40,000 nt of DNA from Bacillus phage AR9: sequence record KU878088.1; one strand, 5' to 3'. Each line of letters opens with the position of its first letter. The stretch's first letter is position 1. Below the pieces are notes generated by a model, which had not been told where the DNA came from, did no database searches, and saw only the letters and a list, made by a program, of their open reading frames with translations. This document shows positions 1 through 9,146 of this stretch, piece by piece. Made by a program: the position numbers and the translations under genes.

Positions 1-37
1 GCTAGGAAGAAATATATAAATTATTTAAATATGGGAG

Positions 38-841
38 ATGAGTGAAGAAATGACACCACCAATGGAGGAATATAGAGGATTATGTAATAGTGAAAGCATT
101 CTAAGTATTTTTGATAGAAACTATAGATTTAGCGTTTCTAGAAATATTAAAGGTTTTAGCTTCACTGAGTCAATTAGAAATCCCTATGGCAACAATAAGA
201 TGAACATCGGATCCCTTTCACAAGATAAAGAAGGCATCATTAATGTTATAGATTATAGCAGATTAGATAAAGAATATAAATTGTCTAATCAAGTGGAATA
301 TGAATTCTTTATTAAAGATGTAAGAACTATTAATAAAGATTTTAAACTTTATAAAATATTCTTCTATAATGTTATTAGAGAAATGATATGGGAGAGAATA
401 AAGGAAACTCAAACATTTGACGGTTACAAAATCCCAGATAGCCTTGAAATTAACTTAGTTGATACAGTTAATTTCATGAGTATTGACATTCCTTCAAGAA
501 TGGTGAATTTTGATGAGATTCATTATAGTTATGGTAGATTTAATGATTCTATTAGTATTGATTTTGAATTTGCTAATAAATATATTGATTTAGATAAATT
601 GATTAATTTAGTTAATTCTGGTATTGAAAATAAAGAGCTAATAGAAATAGAAATGTCTCTACATGCACATAGGAACTTTAAAGATAATAGAGATGATTAT
701 TTATTTGATCTGCCAATATTTATGAATTGCCACTCAGATCCAATAGACCCTAGAGATTCTAAGGAGGATTGGATAACAACAATGGCTATATTTAGTAATG
801 AACTATGGGATGGAAATTATGAAAATTTTATAAAAAAATAA
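38..841 (+). CDS. hypothetical phage protein
   Basis: 267-aa ORF on the main coding strand; no recognisable motif. Confidence 0.55.
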   Translation: MSEEMTPPMEEYRGLCNSESILSIFDRNYRFSVSRNIKGFSFTESIRNPYGNNKMNIGSLSQDKEGIINVIDYSRLDKEYKLSNQVEYEFFIKDVRTINKDFKLYKIFFYNVIREMIWERIKETQTFDGYKIPDSLEINLVDTVNFMSIDIPSRMVNFDEIHYSYGRFNDSISIDFEFANKYIDLDKLINLVNSGIENKELIEIEMSLHAHRNFKDNRDDYLFDLPIFMNCHSDPIDPRDSKEDWITTMAIFSNELWDGNYENFIKK

Positions 842-885
842 AAGGAGGGAGTGAGTACATACCGTACCCCACTGCCCTTCTTTTT

Positions 886-1161
886 TTATTCTGATTTTTC
901 AAATTCAAATCCAATTAAATCTGATACTCCTAAGTTACCGTCTTTACAATTACATATACTTGTTTTCTTAACTGGAACACCATTCCAAGGCAATGGTTTA
1001 TCATTTATAAGTTCAATTAATGCTATTAGTCCATTAGGAGCATGAGTACTTTTATCTTCTTTATTACATCTCCTACATTTATAGACTAAGACACCAGATT
1101 TCATAAAATCATTTCCTTCTTTCTCGTTTAATTTAAATCTTTTCCCATTTATTAATCTCAT
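886..1161 (-). CDS. small putative zinc-ribbon protein
   Basis: VYKCRRCNKEDKS...SICNCKDG paired cysteines; compact cluster with the neighbouring minus-strand genes. Confidence 0.6.
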   Translation of the reverse strand: MRLINGKRFKLNEKEGNDFMKSGVLVYKCRRCNKEDKSTHAPNGLIALIELINDKPLPWNGVPVKKTSICNCKDGNLGVSDLIGFEFEKSE

Positions 1162-1208
1162 TTAAACTTCTACCTTAAATATAGTTATTTCTTAAATATT
1201 TCCTATAC

Positions 1209-1424
1209 TTAATGTTTCATTCTTTTATTTAGCTCTTCCACAACTTTTTCAATATCACTTTCAAACTCATATGCATTTAAAAATGCATTAGGAGTAACTC
1301 TAGATTTTTCATTATATTGAATTAATACTTGGAATAAATTAAGAAGATTATTCTTTTTCATTTCCTCTAGGACAATATTATTCTCTTCAATAAAACTAAT
1401 TTTTTCAACAATATTAACGCTCAT
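1209..1424 (-). CDS. hypothetical small protein
   Basis: ORF with upstream aggaggtttg-like RBS on the minus strand; overlaps 3' end of next gene in operon-like fashion. Confidence 0.6.
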   Translation of the reverse strand: MSVNIVEKISFIEENNIVLEEMKKNNLLNLFQVLIQYNEKSRVTPNAFLNAYEFESDIEKVVEELNKRMKH

Positions 1425-1614
1425 TATTCAAACCTCTCCTTCTGATCTCTTTATTTGTTAAATCTAAGATTGAATTTTGACGTTTGATATATTCTTCTAC
1501 AATATTACCACCAATTGAATGATCAAGAATTCTTCTCTTAGCATCCTCTTGACAAGCTAAGAGAGATTCATTATCTAGATTCTTAATACTATTAATATAA
1601 AATGTTGTATTCAT
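1414..1614 (-). CDS. hypothetical small protein
   Basis: ORF in minus-strand cluster with upstream purine-rich RBS. Confidence 0.6.
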   Translation of the reverse strand: MNTTFYINSIKNLDNESLLACQEDAKRRILDHSIGGNIVEEYIKRQNSILDLTNKEIRRRGLNNER

Positions 1615-1623
1615 ATTTTCCCC

Positions 1624-2184
1624 CTAGAGACGATTATATTTAAGTGCCATTAATATTGAAGATTTACTAGCTTTATAGATTTTATTATCCACTATTAAAT
1701 TAAGAGCTTCCTCTTTTGTAAATGCTTTTACTTCTCCAATTTCACCTTTTTGTGGAATAATATCATCAATAGTTGATCTCTTTAACCTAGTAATAAAAGT
1801 AAAATCCCTTTTATACTTAATCTGACCTCTCTTTAAATAAAACTTATCAGTATAATCAACAAGTTCAACTGTATAAGTTTGTATACCTGCCTTAATTCCA
1901 AATTCTTCTTCTAACTCTCTTAAAGCACATCTCATTGGTGATTCTCCTTTTTCAAGACCACCTCCGGGAATTGTCCATTTATATTCTTCTTCACCATTTG
2001 CAATTTTCTCATGTACAAAATCTGGTAAGTCTGTTCTTGTTCCCAAAATAATTCTATCTTTATCATCTAGTAATATAATACCACAACCAATATCTCTAAA
2101 ACTACTATTGACCTTCTTGTTAACTGTGATATCTTTTACTTTCTCAAAGATTGAGATATCACTATCTTTTCTTTTTGGAATCAT
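1624..2184 (-). CDS. NUDIX hydrolase
   Basis: NUDIX box GGGLEKGESPMRCALRELEEEFGI (GX5EX7REUXEEXGU). Confidence 0.93.
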   Translation of the reverse strand: MIPKRKDSDISIFEKVKDITVNKKVNSSFRDIGCGIILLDDKDRIILGTRTDLPDFVHEKIANGEEEYKWTIPGGGLEKGESPMRCALRELEEEFGIKAGIQTYTVELVDYTDKFYLKRGQIKYKRDFTFITRLKRSTIDDIIPQKGEIGEVKAFTKEEALNLIVDNKIYKASKSSILMALKYNRL

Positions 2185-2491
2185 AATTATATTTCTCCTT
2201 TTTAAATTATTCTTTTTAATAATATATATTTAATGACTGATTTAAATAATTTTTTCTTCACATTAATTGGTTATGTATTTTTTATAAATAATAAAAGATA
2301 TCATTTTACATAACAACATGTTATATATTTGAATATCCTTTATTATTATTATTTTATTAAATAATATTTTTTTTTTATTAATCCTTCCCTAAAAACCCCT
2401 ATTATTAATTTTGTTTATTTTTTTATTTGCTTAAAAAAATTAGAGAATGGAACATTATATTAAATTTGATGGGAAGGATTGAGATTAGATC

Positions 2492-3820
2492 ATGAGCAAT
2501 AAAACTTTTGTCTTAGATACATCAGTACTGTGTCATTACCCTGAATCATTATTTTCTTTTGAGGATAATAAGATTGTAATAACAGAAACAGTTATTGAAG
2601 AATTAAGTAAGCGTAGAAAATCAAGTGATGAATCAGGAAAAAATGCTCGTGATGCTATTAGATATATTAATGAACTGAGTAAGCAAGGCAATATTACTGA
2701 AGGTATAGAGATGGATAATGATGGTATTATTGTCATTGAAACTAATTATGCTGATATTGAAATGCCAGATGGCTGGAATAAAAATGATAATGATAATAAA
2801 ATGCTTCAAGTCTGTCAATATTTAATAAATCAAGGTGAAGATGTACATTTTGTAACAAAAAGTCCTTTAAGAAGTCTTAAGGCAACTATTCTTGAGATTC
2901 AAAATGAAGATTTTATTACTGATAGAGTCGAAGATGAATATTCAGGTAGACGAGATATCTTATTAACAGAAGATGATCTAAATTTATTCTTCTCTGAAGG
3001 CACTATCGATACATTAACAACTGAAATGTATGATATGGACGGTAATATTATTGATCCTAGTATCTTAACAGAGAATGAATATATTACCCTAATGTCAAAT
3101 ACAGATTTAAATCAAACGGGTTTAGGTTACTATACAAATGGTTATATTAAAAAGTTAATTTTTGGGGAATATAACCCTTATCAAGTACAACCTAAGAATG
3201 CGGCTCAAAGATTTGCTATTGATGCATTAATGCAAACTCCAAAAGAAACACCATTGGTAATACTAAAAGGTCCAGCAGGAACAGCTAAAACTTTTCTATC
3301 AATTGCTTCAGCACTAGATACAGTAGTTGATAGACAAGAATATAGACGGATTTTAGTTTGTAGACCAAATGTTTTAATGGAAGAAACACTTGGATTCCTT
3401 CCGGGAGATGAAAATGAAAAAATAGCACCATTAATGCGCCCTATTATGGATAATTTAGAAGTATTAATTGATGAACAATCAGTAATAAATAATCTATTTG
3501 AAACAGAAACTATCGTTACCCAAGCAGTTGGATACTTACGAGGAAGATCTATTCCTAATACTTTTATTATTATAGATGAAGCACAAAATGTTACACCTAA
3601 AGCAATGAAAGGTATTCTTTCTCGTGTTGGTTATGGTACAAAAATTGTTATTTGTGGAGATACTGATCAGATTGATCATCCTTATTTAACTAAAGCTGTT
3701 AATGGTTTAGCATATGCTTCTGATAAAATGAAAGGTAGTTCACTTTGTAGACAAATCACTTTTAAAACTGAAGAAAATCAAAGATCTCCTTTAGCTCAAG
3801 AAGTAACAGAACGATTATAA
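2492..3820 (+). CDS. PIN domain + PhoH-like ATPase
   Basis: N-terminal PIN motif FVLDTSVLCHYPESLFSF...VIEELSKR; Walker A GPAGTAKT; PhoH-type RPNVLMEETLGFLPGDENEKIAPLMRPI; Walker B FIIIDEAQNVTP. Confidence 0.93.
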   Translation: MSNKTFVLDTSVLCHYPESLFSFEDNKIVITETVIEELSKRRKSSDESGKNARDAIRYINELSKQGNITEGIEMDNDGIIVIETNYADIEMPDGWNKNDNDNKMLQVCQYLINQGEDVHFVTKSPLRSLKATILEIQNEDFITDRVEDEYSGRRDILLTEDDLNLFFSEGTIDTLTTEMYDMDGNIIDPSILTENEYITLMSNTDLNQTGLGYYTNGYIKKLIFGEYNPYQVQPKNAAQRFAIDALMQTPKETPLVILKGPAGTAKTFLSIASALDTVVDRQEYRRILVCRPNVLMEETLGFLPGDENEKIAPLMRPIMDNLEVLIDEQSVINNLFETETIVTQAVGYLRGRSIPNTFIIIDEAQNVTPKAMKGILSRVGYGTKIVICGDTDQIDHPYLTKAVNGLAYASDKMKGSSLCRQITFKTEENQRSPLAQEVTERL

Positions 3821-3821
3821 G

Positions 3822-3868
3822 AAAAACAAGGATTTGGTGGTTAATTATACCACCAAATCCTTGTTTTT
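3822..3868. terminator. Hairpin terminator after phoH-like gene
   Basis: 19-bp perfect stem AAAAACAAGGATTTGGTGG / CCACCAAATCCTTGTTTTT, 9-nt loop, T-rich tail. Confidence 0.9.
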
Positions 3869-3937
3869 CCTATTTTTTAACAAAACAATGCATTATAGGA
3901 ATCTACAAATAGAATGTTGATATAAGGGGGATTAAAC

Positions 3938-4372
3938 TTGAGCAGAGAGAAAATTTTAAAGGAGACATTGCTTCTTAATTCATTATTAGAAGCAAAAGTA
4001 ATATCAAGAGAAAATGTTTTATTAAAAATCGAAAAGATGGTAAATAGTATGAACCCGCCACCTAAAAAGGTTATTTTTAGAGCAGTAAAAGATAAACAAG
4101 ATAACTTAATAGATATAGAAGTTGTTGAACCGCAAAGATATGGAAAAGAGAAAACACTAATGAGCATTCAAAATGTTTTTACAACTGATTCAATTGAAAA
4201 TACTCTAAGTGATATTGAGGCATCTTTTAAACTTGCAAATGAGTTTAAACCTATATTTAAAAAGGCAACTTTAAGAAAAAAGAAAAATAATACTGAATTC
4301 TATTTTTCATTTCATGATAACAGACGTGTTTACAATCTTGAGACAGAAAAGTGGGAGAAAATGATAATGTAA
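3938..4372 (+). CDS. hypothetical protein (TTG start)
   Basis: 144-aa ORF preceded by aagggggat RBS; starts with TTG. Confidence 0.65.
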   Translation: MSREKILKETLLLNSLLEAKVISRENVLLKIEKMVNSMNPPPKKVIFRAVKDKQDNLIDIEVVEPQRYGKEKTLMSIQNVFTTDSIENTLSDIEASFKLANEFKPIFKKATLRKKKNNTEFYFSFHDNRRVYNLETEKWEKMIM

Positions 4373-4375
4373 ATG

Positions 4376-4414
4376 AAATAACAGTTAAGTGATTTAAACA
4401 CTTAACTGTTATTT
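4376..4414. terminator. Bidirectional hairpin terminator between convergent genes
   Basis: 16-bp perfect stem AAATAACAGTTAAGTG / CACTTAACTGTTATTT, 7-nt loop. Confidence 0.88.
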
Positions 4415-4418
4415 ATAA

Positions 4419-4841
4419 TTATTTCATTTTACCCTTCATATTCAAGAGTGGTTTAAAATTAACTTTAACTGTTTTAATTTTACCATCTCTAGATCTATAC
4501 AAAGCATATACAGTTCTTATAGAACCTTTAGCTGTTGGACCTTCTTCTGTAATAACTACTTGACCATTAAAGGTTTTGAAATTTTGAGTTGAAATCTTAG
4601 TGAGTTTTCCTATAGAAAATGTACTTTTCATACTACTTGAGAATACTGCTTTTAGTTCTTCTGAGTCTTTTAATTCATTAACACTTTTTACTGGTGTTAA
4701 TCCTTTCTTTTGAGCCTTAGCATTTGTTTCTTTAAGAGCAATTTCAATAGCTTTTTTAAGATCAGGCGCTCCTTTACTTACACGAATTGCTTCATTAAAC
4801 ATAAATGAAGACTCAACTAATTTTAACTGTTTTTCATTCAT
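4419..4841 (-). CDS. hypothetical protein, possibly virion-associated
   Basis: 140-aa ORF with good RBS (ttggaggtt upstream of ATG). Confidence 0.65.
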   Translation of the reverse strand: MNEKQLKLVESSFMFNEAIRVSKGAPDLKKAIEIALKETNAKAQKKGLTPVKSVNELKDSEELKAVFSSSMKSTFSIGKLTKISTQNFKTFNGQVVITEEGPTAKGSIRTVYALYRSRDGKIKTVKVNFKPLLNMKGKMK

Positions 4842-4927
4842 ATGAAAACCTCCAATATGTGATATAATATATTGTTTATTGAAGAAGACAACAATTAATT
4901 ATAGACTAGATAAGTAGGAGGATTATT

Positions 4928-6169
4928 ATGTCATTTTTTAAAGGTATTCGGAACATAGAAAGAGTTCAATATGATCTAGTACAATATTGTGACAAGGAAT
5001 TTGTTCCAAAATTTATAGCAAGTCAAAATATTGATGAAGATAAATTATACGATACTATTGATTTTAGTTTACAGTTAGCTGAAAAATTACATTTAGATTA
5101 CAATATGTGTTTTACAATTGCAGTAATGCATGATTTTGGTTATATTGAAGAAGATGAAAATAATTTTAATACATTAATGAGCATAAAAGCAGATCAATTT
5201 TTGTTAAGATATTTTGATGGAAGTCAAATGGAGATTATTGAATCTGCTTGTAAAGAACACGATGGTACAAGTAGAGAAACAGGAATATTTACATCTTTAT
5301 ATTCAAAGGTTATTGCAGATGCAGATAGGATGTCAATATTGAGAATTGAAGCTATGATTCGTCATTATTGGAAATTCTATTCTAATCAAAAGGCATTCTC
5401 TAATACAGATGAGCGTCCTAATAAACTAACAGATAAAGAAATTTTTGATAAGATGTATAGTTTTCTAAAAAAAGAGTATGGTACAATTGTATCAAAAAAT
5501 AAATTATTGTTAGAAGCATCAAGAGAAATGATGAAAGATGAAATTGAGAATTCTAATAAAGTATTAAGCTCTGAAGAAGATACAAAAAGAATGGTTCTAC
5601 ATTTAGCTACTTATGGGGAAATCCAAATAAATAATGATGGAACGCTTACCGTAGAAAAAATAACTAAAGAGCCAATCAGTGAATCAGATCCTTTTGAATT
5701 ATTTGAAAAAAATATAAAAGAATCAGTAGATGAACAACTACTAGAAGCCACACCAAAGAATCTATCAAAGAGACAAAAGGTAGAAGATTTAATATATAAG
5801 GTACTTTCAGTTTTAGATGATACTGGAGCTAACTTGAGAAAATATAAAGAGTTCTTTGGTAAAATGAACGATGAACAATTTGATAGGTATATGAAAAAAT
5901 TCCTAAAAGATGAAGATGAAAATTTTTATCTTGAAATTTTACCTAATAAAAGTGAACCTTCATTAAAGCAAATTAAAAAAGCACTAGATATCTTAAAAGT
6001 ACCAACTGATGAATATGTATATCTTCGACATGATGGTCATAAAAATGATCCTATTAGAACTGCATATAAAGTACCTGTTGGTTATATTACAATTAAGCGA
6101 GTACAACAAATTCTAAGTAAAAAGAATACTTATTCTCTTGATATTGCACAAAGAAACATGAAATCGGGT
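4928..6169 (+). CDS. Exon 1 of HD-domain / RNA polymerase beta C-terminus-like protein
   Basis: HD motifs (MHDFGY, KEHDG, VIADADR) in N-terminal half; C-terminal half KVPVGYITIKRVQQILSKKNTYSLDIAQRNMKSG resembles RpoB ...[29 protein letters not shown]; reading frame then stops inside a group I intron. Confidence 0.8.
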
Positions 6170-6497
6170 TATAATTGGCTCTCCATTATAGCAATATAAT
6201 GGCAAACACTCTCCTTAATTTCTGGGATATCCTAATTTTTAGGACAATCAGAAGCGAATTTGAATAAAAACCTAATATTCAAAACGTTCAACGACTATCC
6301 GAAAGCAATCATACGATTGTGAGTAGCGGTGAAATTCCGCAATAGGAGTACGGCTCAAGCTATTGGAGTGGGTGAGAATCCCTTAAATGGAAACAGGAGG
6401 TATCCTTAACGGATAAAGATATAGTCTCGTCTCTATGGTAACATAGAGCAGTTCATAAGAGAACGCAGTAGATGTAGCGAGTCTACTGGAAGATACG
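6170..6497 (+). other. Group I intron 1 in HD/RpoB-like gene (ORF-less, 328 nt)
   Basis: Splice after GGGT; P1 GGGU/GCUC; shared core blocks GGACAATCAG, GTTCAACGACTATC, GATATAGTCTC, AGCAGTTCATAAGAGAACG; ends in G; joins in frame. Confidence 0.88.
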
Positions 6498-6605
6498 CAA
6501 GTTACAGGTAATGACAAAATTGCCAGAATATCTGATATTGAATCATATAGTCTTGTTGCTATAGGAGCTGATAATGCTTTAAAAGAATTTCTTGGTCCAC
6601 GAGCT
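6498..6605 (+). CDS. Exon 2 of HD / RpoB C-terminus-like gene (36 codons)
   Basis: QVTGNDKIARISDIESYSLVAIGADNALKEFLGPRA, in frame with exon 1; similar to RpoB [30 protein letters not shown]. Confidence 0.85.
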
Positions 6606-7822
6606 AGATTATTGGTTCGTAATTTCCTTAATTGCTGGAAACTCCTTAGAGCTTATTAGACCACAACGTGACTGGTAACAGTGGGCGTGAAGGTTATAAG
6701 AACTAATAAGATTGGACAATCAGCAGCTAAGCTTTTATTTAATTCTTTAAAAAAGAGCTGACAACACTAAAACAAAAATATAAATTAGTGTTGGAGGTAA
6801 ACAATTATGCCTAGAAAGAAAAGCAATGAAAAATTCATGAATGAAGTTAAAGAATTAGTAGGGGAAGAATATACATTTTTAGAGAGATACGTTCGATCAT
6901 TGACTAAAATAAAGGTGAAACATAATATTTGTAACAATATATACATGGTTACTCCTAATGATTTCTTAAATGGTGGAAAGAGATGTCCTAAGTGTGCCAA
7001 CAATATTAAAAGGACAAATAAAGAATTTGTTAGTGAAATTAGAAAATTAGTAGGTAATGAATATACTTTTTTAGATGAGTATATAAATACTGACACACCT
7101 ATAGGAATTATTCATAATATTTGTAAACATGTATATAAAATTTCCCCTAAAGAGTTCATTCATAGAAATTCTCGTTGCCCAAAGTGTAATTTCCTTAATA
7201 ATGAATCTTTCTTTTCTAAAGTTATAAAGAAAACATTAAATGAATTAAATATTTATTTTATTCAAGAATATTCGATTAAAGAATTAGGTAAAGGTAAAAA
7301 ATTTGATTTCTATATACCTTCACTAAATTTAATAATAGAATATGATGGTAGTCAGCATTTTTATCAAAAATTTAATGATAAAAATGGATTCCTATCACAG
7401 ATAAAAAGAGATCAAGAAAAGAATGATTTTATAAAGAACAGTGAATACACTTTGGTTAGAATAAATTACAAAATGAATAAAAATCTAGACATAATAATTA
7501 AAGAATTAATAAAAGAAAGTTCAACGACTATCGAAAAATATAATCTATTATTAATTAGCAAAGATAATATAACAAATTTTAAAGAATATTATAAGAATGC
7601 TAATATTAATTATTTTGATTATATTAAGTAGAGTACCCTACAAGTTATTGGTAGTATACTTCTGGGATGGAGTATAGTATAGAAAATTTCTATATTGGGA
7701 AACAGGAAACTTAGAAGATATAGTCTCAACTTCTATAGAAATATAGAGCAGTTCATTAATACTATTTTTAATAGTATTATGAGAACGCAATGAGTGTAGC
7801 GAACTCATTGGAAGATAACTTG
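6606..7822 (+). other. Group I intron 2 in HD/RpoB-like gene, carrying a homing endonuclease (1217 nt)
   Basis: Six-bp P1 CGAGCU|AGAUUAUUGGUUCG; GGACAATCAGCAGC, GTTCAACGACTATCGAAA, GATATAGTCTC, AGCAGTTCAT, ends GAAGATAACTTG. Confidence 0.88.
6807..7631 (+). CDS. Intron-encoded homing endonuclease, EDxHD/Vsr-like
   Basis: Two CPKC-containing repeat units (FVSEIRKLVGNEYTFLDEY...HNICKHVYKISPKEF...RCPKC) plus C-terminal FDFYIPSLNLIIEYDGSQHF nuclease motif; RBS gttggaggt. Confidence 0.85.
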   Translation: MPRKKSNEKFMNEVKELVGEEYTFLERYVRSLTKIKVKHNICNNIYMVTPNDFLNGGKRCPKCANNIKRTNKEFVSEIRKLVGNEYTFLDEYINTDTPIGIIHNICKHVYKISPKEFIHRNSRCPKCNFLNNESFFSKVIKKTLNELNIYFIQEYSIKELGKGKKFDFYIPSLNLIIEYDGSQHFYQKFNDKNGFLSQIKRDQEKNDFIKNSEYTLVRINYKMNKNLDIIIKELIKESSTTIEKYNLLLISKDNITNFKEYYKNANINYFDYIK

Positions 7823-8023
7823 GATAACTCTGTAGCAAAGACAGATATGTATAAAAATATTAATTTATATGGATATACTTATCTAAAAGATTTGGGTCAT
7901 GATATTACTGAAAATCAAACTCTTAATACCATGTATGTATATCTAATGGGTGCTGGATTAGGGAATGATTTATTAAAAGAGGATACTAATTTAGAAGAAC
8001 TATTAGATAAAAAAGGAAAGTGA
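7823..8023 (+). CDS. Exon 3 of HD / RpoB C-terminus-like gene
   Basis: DNSVAKTDMYKNINLYGYTYLKDLG...LNTMYVYLMGAGLGNDLL completes the module (compare RpoB [14 protein letters not shown]); complete spliced product 516 aa. Confidence 0.83.
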   Translation, partial: DNSVAKTDMYKNINLYGYTYLKDLGHDITENQTLNTMYVYLMGAGLGNDLLKEDTNLEELLDKKGK

Positions 8024-8027
8024 TATT

Positions 8028-9032
8028 ATGGAGAATAAAAGTAAAAACAATCCCCTTGAGATAAAAGGGGATTTTGTTTCATTAGCAGAAAATTTAAAAT
8101 TATTTTTTTCTAAAGAATTAAAGGAAAATATTATTATTGATAAAGATAATATGCTATTAGAATATGATTCAAATTTTGAGAAAGAATATTCATTCCCCTC
8201 AATCAAAATTGTAGAATCCAATAATAAATTAGTTGAAAGTAAATTTAAACAAATAGAATCTAGACTAAAAGAAAATTATCAATTTACTAATTATGATCTA
8301 AATATAGATGAGGATAAATCAAATAATATAAAGTATATTAGCCACCATTACAATTTAAAGGAAAATAAAAATGTTATCTTATCTATAAACATGATTAAGG
8401 ATAATACGAGATATGATAAAATTATTGAGAGTATTAATATAAGCCTAGTATTTAGTAATCCTGTTATTACTGAAACTACGCATTTGGGAATCACAAAAAC
8501 TAATATTTTAGAAGAAGATTTGTTAATGGAATCAGTATTTAAAAGAAATAAATATAATAATGAATTAGAGAATATGGATCGAATAATGCGAATTAATAGT
8601 ATCTCTACTGTTAACTTATTAAATGTTTTTGATAGTAAATTAGTTAGCATGTTAGAAAGAAGATTTGGAACTTCTTTAAATGGAAATAAAGAATATTACA
8701 CTACTTACAAAAAATCTTATGAAAAGGATCTTTTATTAAGACATTTTGTAGGAGAATATAATAAATTAGTAAACAACAAAGCACTACCAAAGCATATTAG
8801 TTTTGCTTTCTCAGGACTGTTATATAAGGGACAGATGTACCCATTGTTAATTTCTATTAATAATAATATTAATAGGGTGATTGGAGTTTACTGTTTCTTA
8901 TTAAGTCCAGATACTGAAAATGAGGGTGTTTATCAGATAGGAAAAGCTGAATTATACCACTCACCAGTTGATTCATTAGCAAGTGATATATTAAAAGTAC
9001 GTAAAGTTCTTAAGTGTTCATATTTTGGATAA
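8028..9032 (+). CDS. hypothetical protein
   Basis: 334-aa ORF directly downstream of the spliced gene, RBS-like spacing. Confidence 0.7.
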   Translation: MENKSKNNPLEIKGDFVSLAENLKLFFSKELKENIIIDKDNMLLEYDSNFEKEYSFPSIKIVESNNKLVESKFKQIESRLKENYQFTNYDLNIDEDKSNNIKYISHHYNLKENKNVILSINMIKDNTRYDKIIESINISLVFSNPVITETTHLGITKTNILEEDLLMESVFKRNKYNNELENMDRIMRINSISTVNLLNVFDSKLVSMLERRFGTSLNGNKEYYTTYKKSYEKDLLLRHFVGEYNKLVNNKALPKHISFAFSGLLYKGQMYPLLISINNNINRVIGVYCFLLSPDTENEGVYQIGKAELYHSPVDSLASDILKVRKVLKCSYFG

Positions 9033-9038
9033 ATAAAT

Positions 9039-9090
9039 AATAAATGGAATATCATACGGTTTAACAGCCAAATATGATATTCCATTTATT
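9039..9090. terminator. Hairpin terminator
   Basis: 18-bp stem AATAAATGGAATATCATA / TATGATATTCCATTTATT. Confidence 0.8.
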
Positions 9091-9146
9091 AAACAAATAA
9101 TTAATTTCCACTAAACTATTATTATGAAAGGGGTAGAACATGAGAA

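Noticed and set aside
851-1045. Plus-strand ORF antisense to 886-1161
   Set aside because: Opposite-strand frame has Cys pairs, RBS and operon context; this one looks like antisense noise.
886-2184. Minus-strand NUDIX cluster as an anti-phage defence island
   Set aside because: Only a NUDIX hydrolase and three small unknown proteins; no toxin, nuclease or sensor domain to support it.
2536-2818. Minus-strand ORFs inside the PhoH-like gene
   Set aside because: Antisense of a well supported gene, hydrophobic low-complexity translations typical of AT-rich antisense frames.
6785-7096. Minus-strand ORF over the homing endonuclease
   Set aside because: Antisense to a gene with clear zinc-binding and nuclease motifs.
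7638-7838. Minus-strand ORF over the intron 2 3' core
   Set aside because: Overlaps ribozyme core and exon 3 with no RBS.
7790-8023. ORF MSVANSLEDNL... as an independent gene
   Set aside because: Its ATG lies inside the 3' end of group I intron 2; from 7823 it is exon 3 of the spliced gene.
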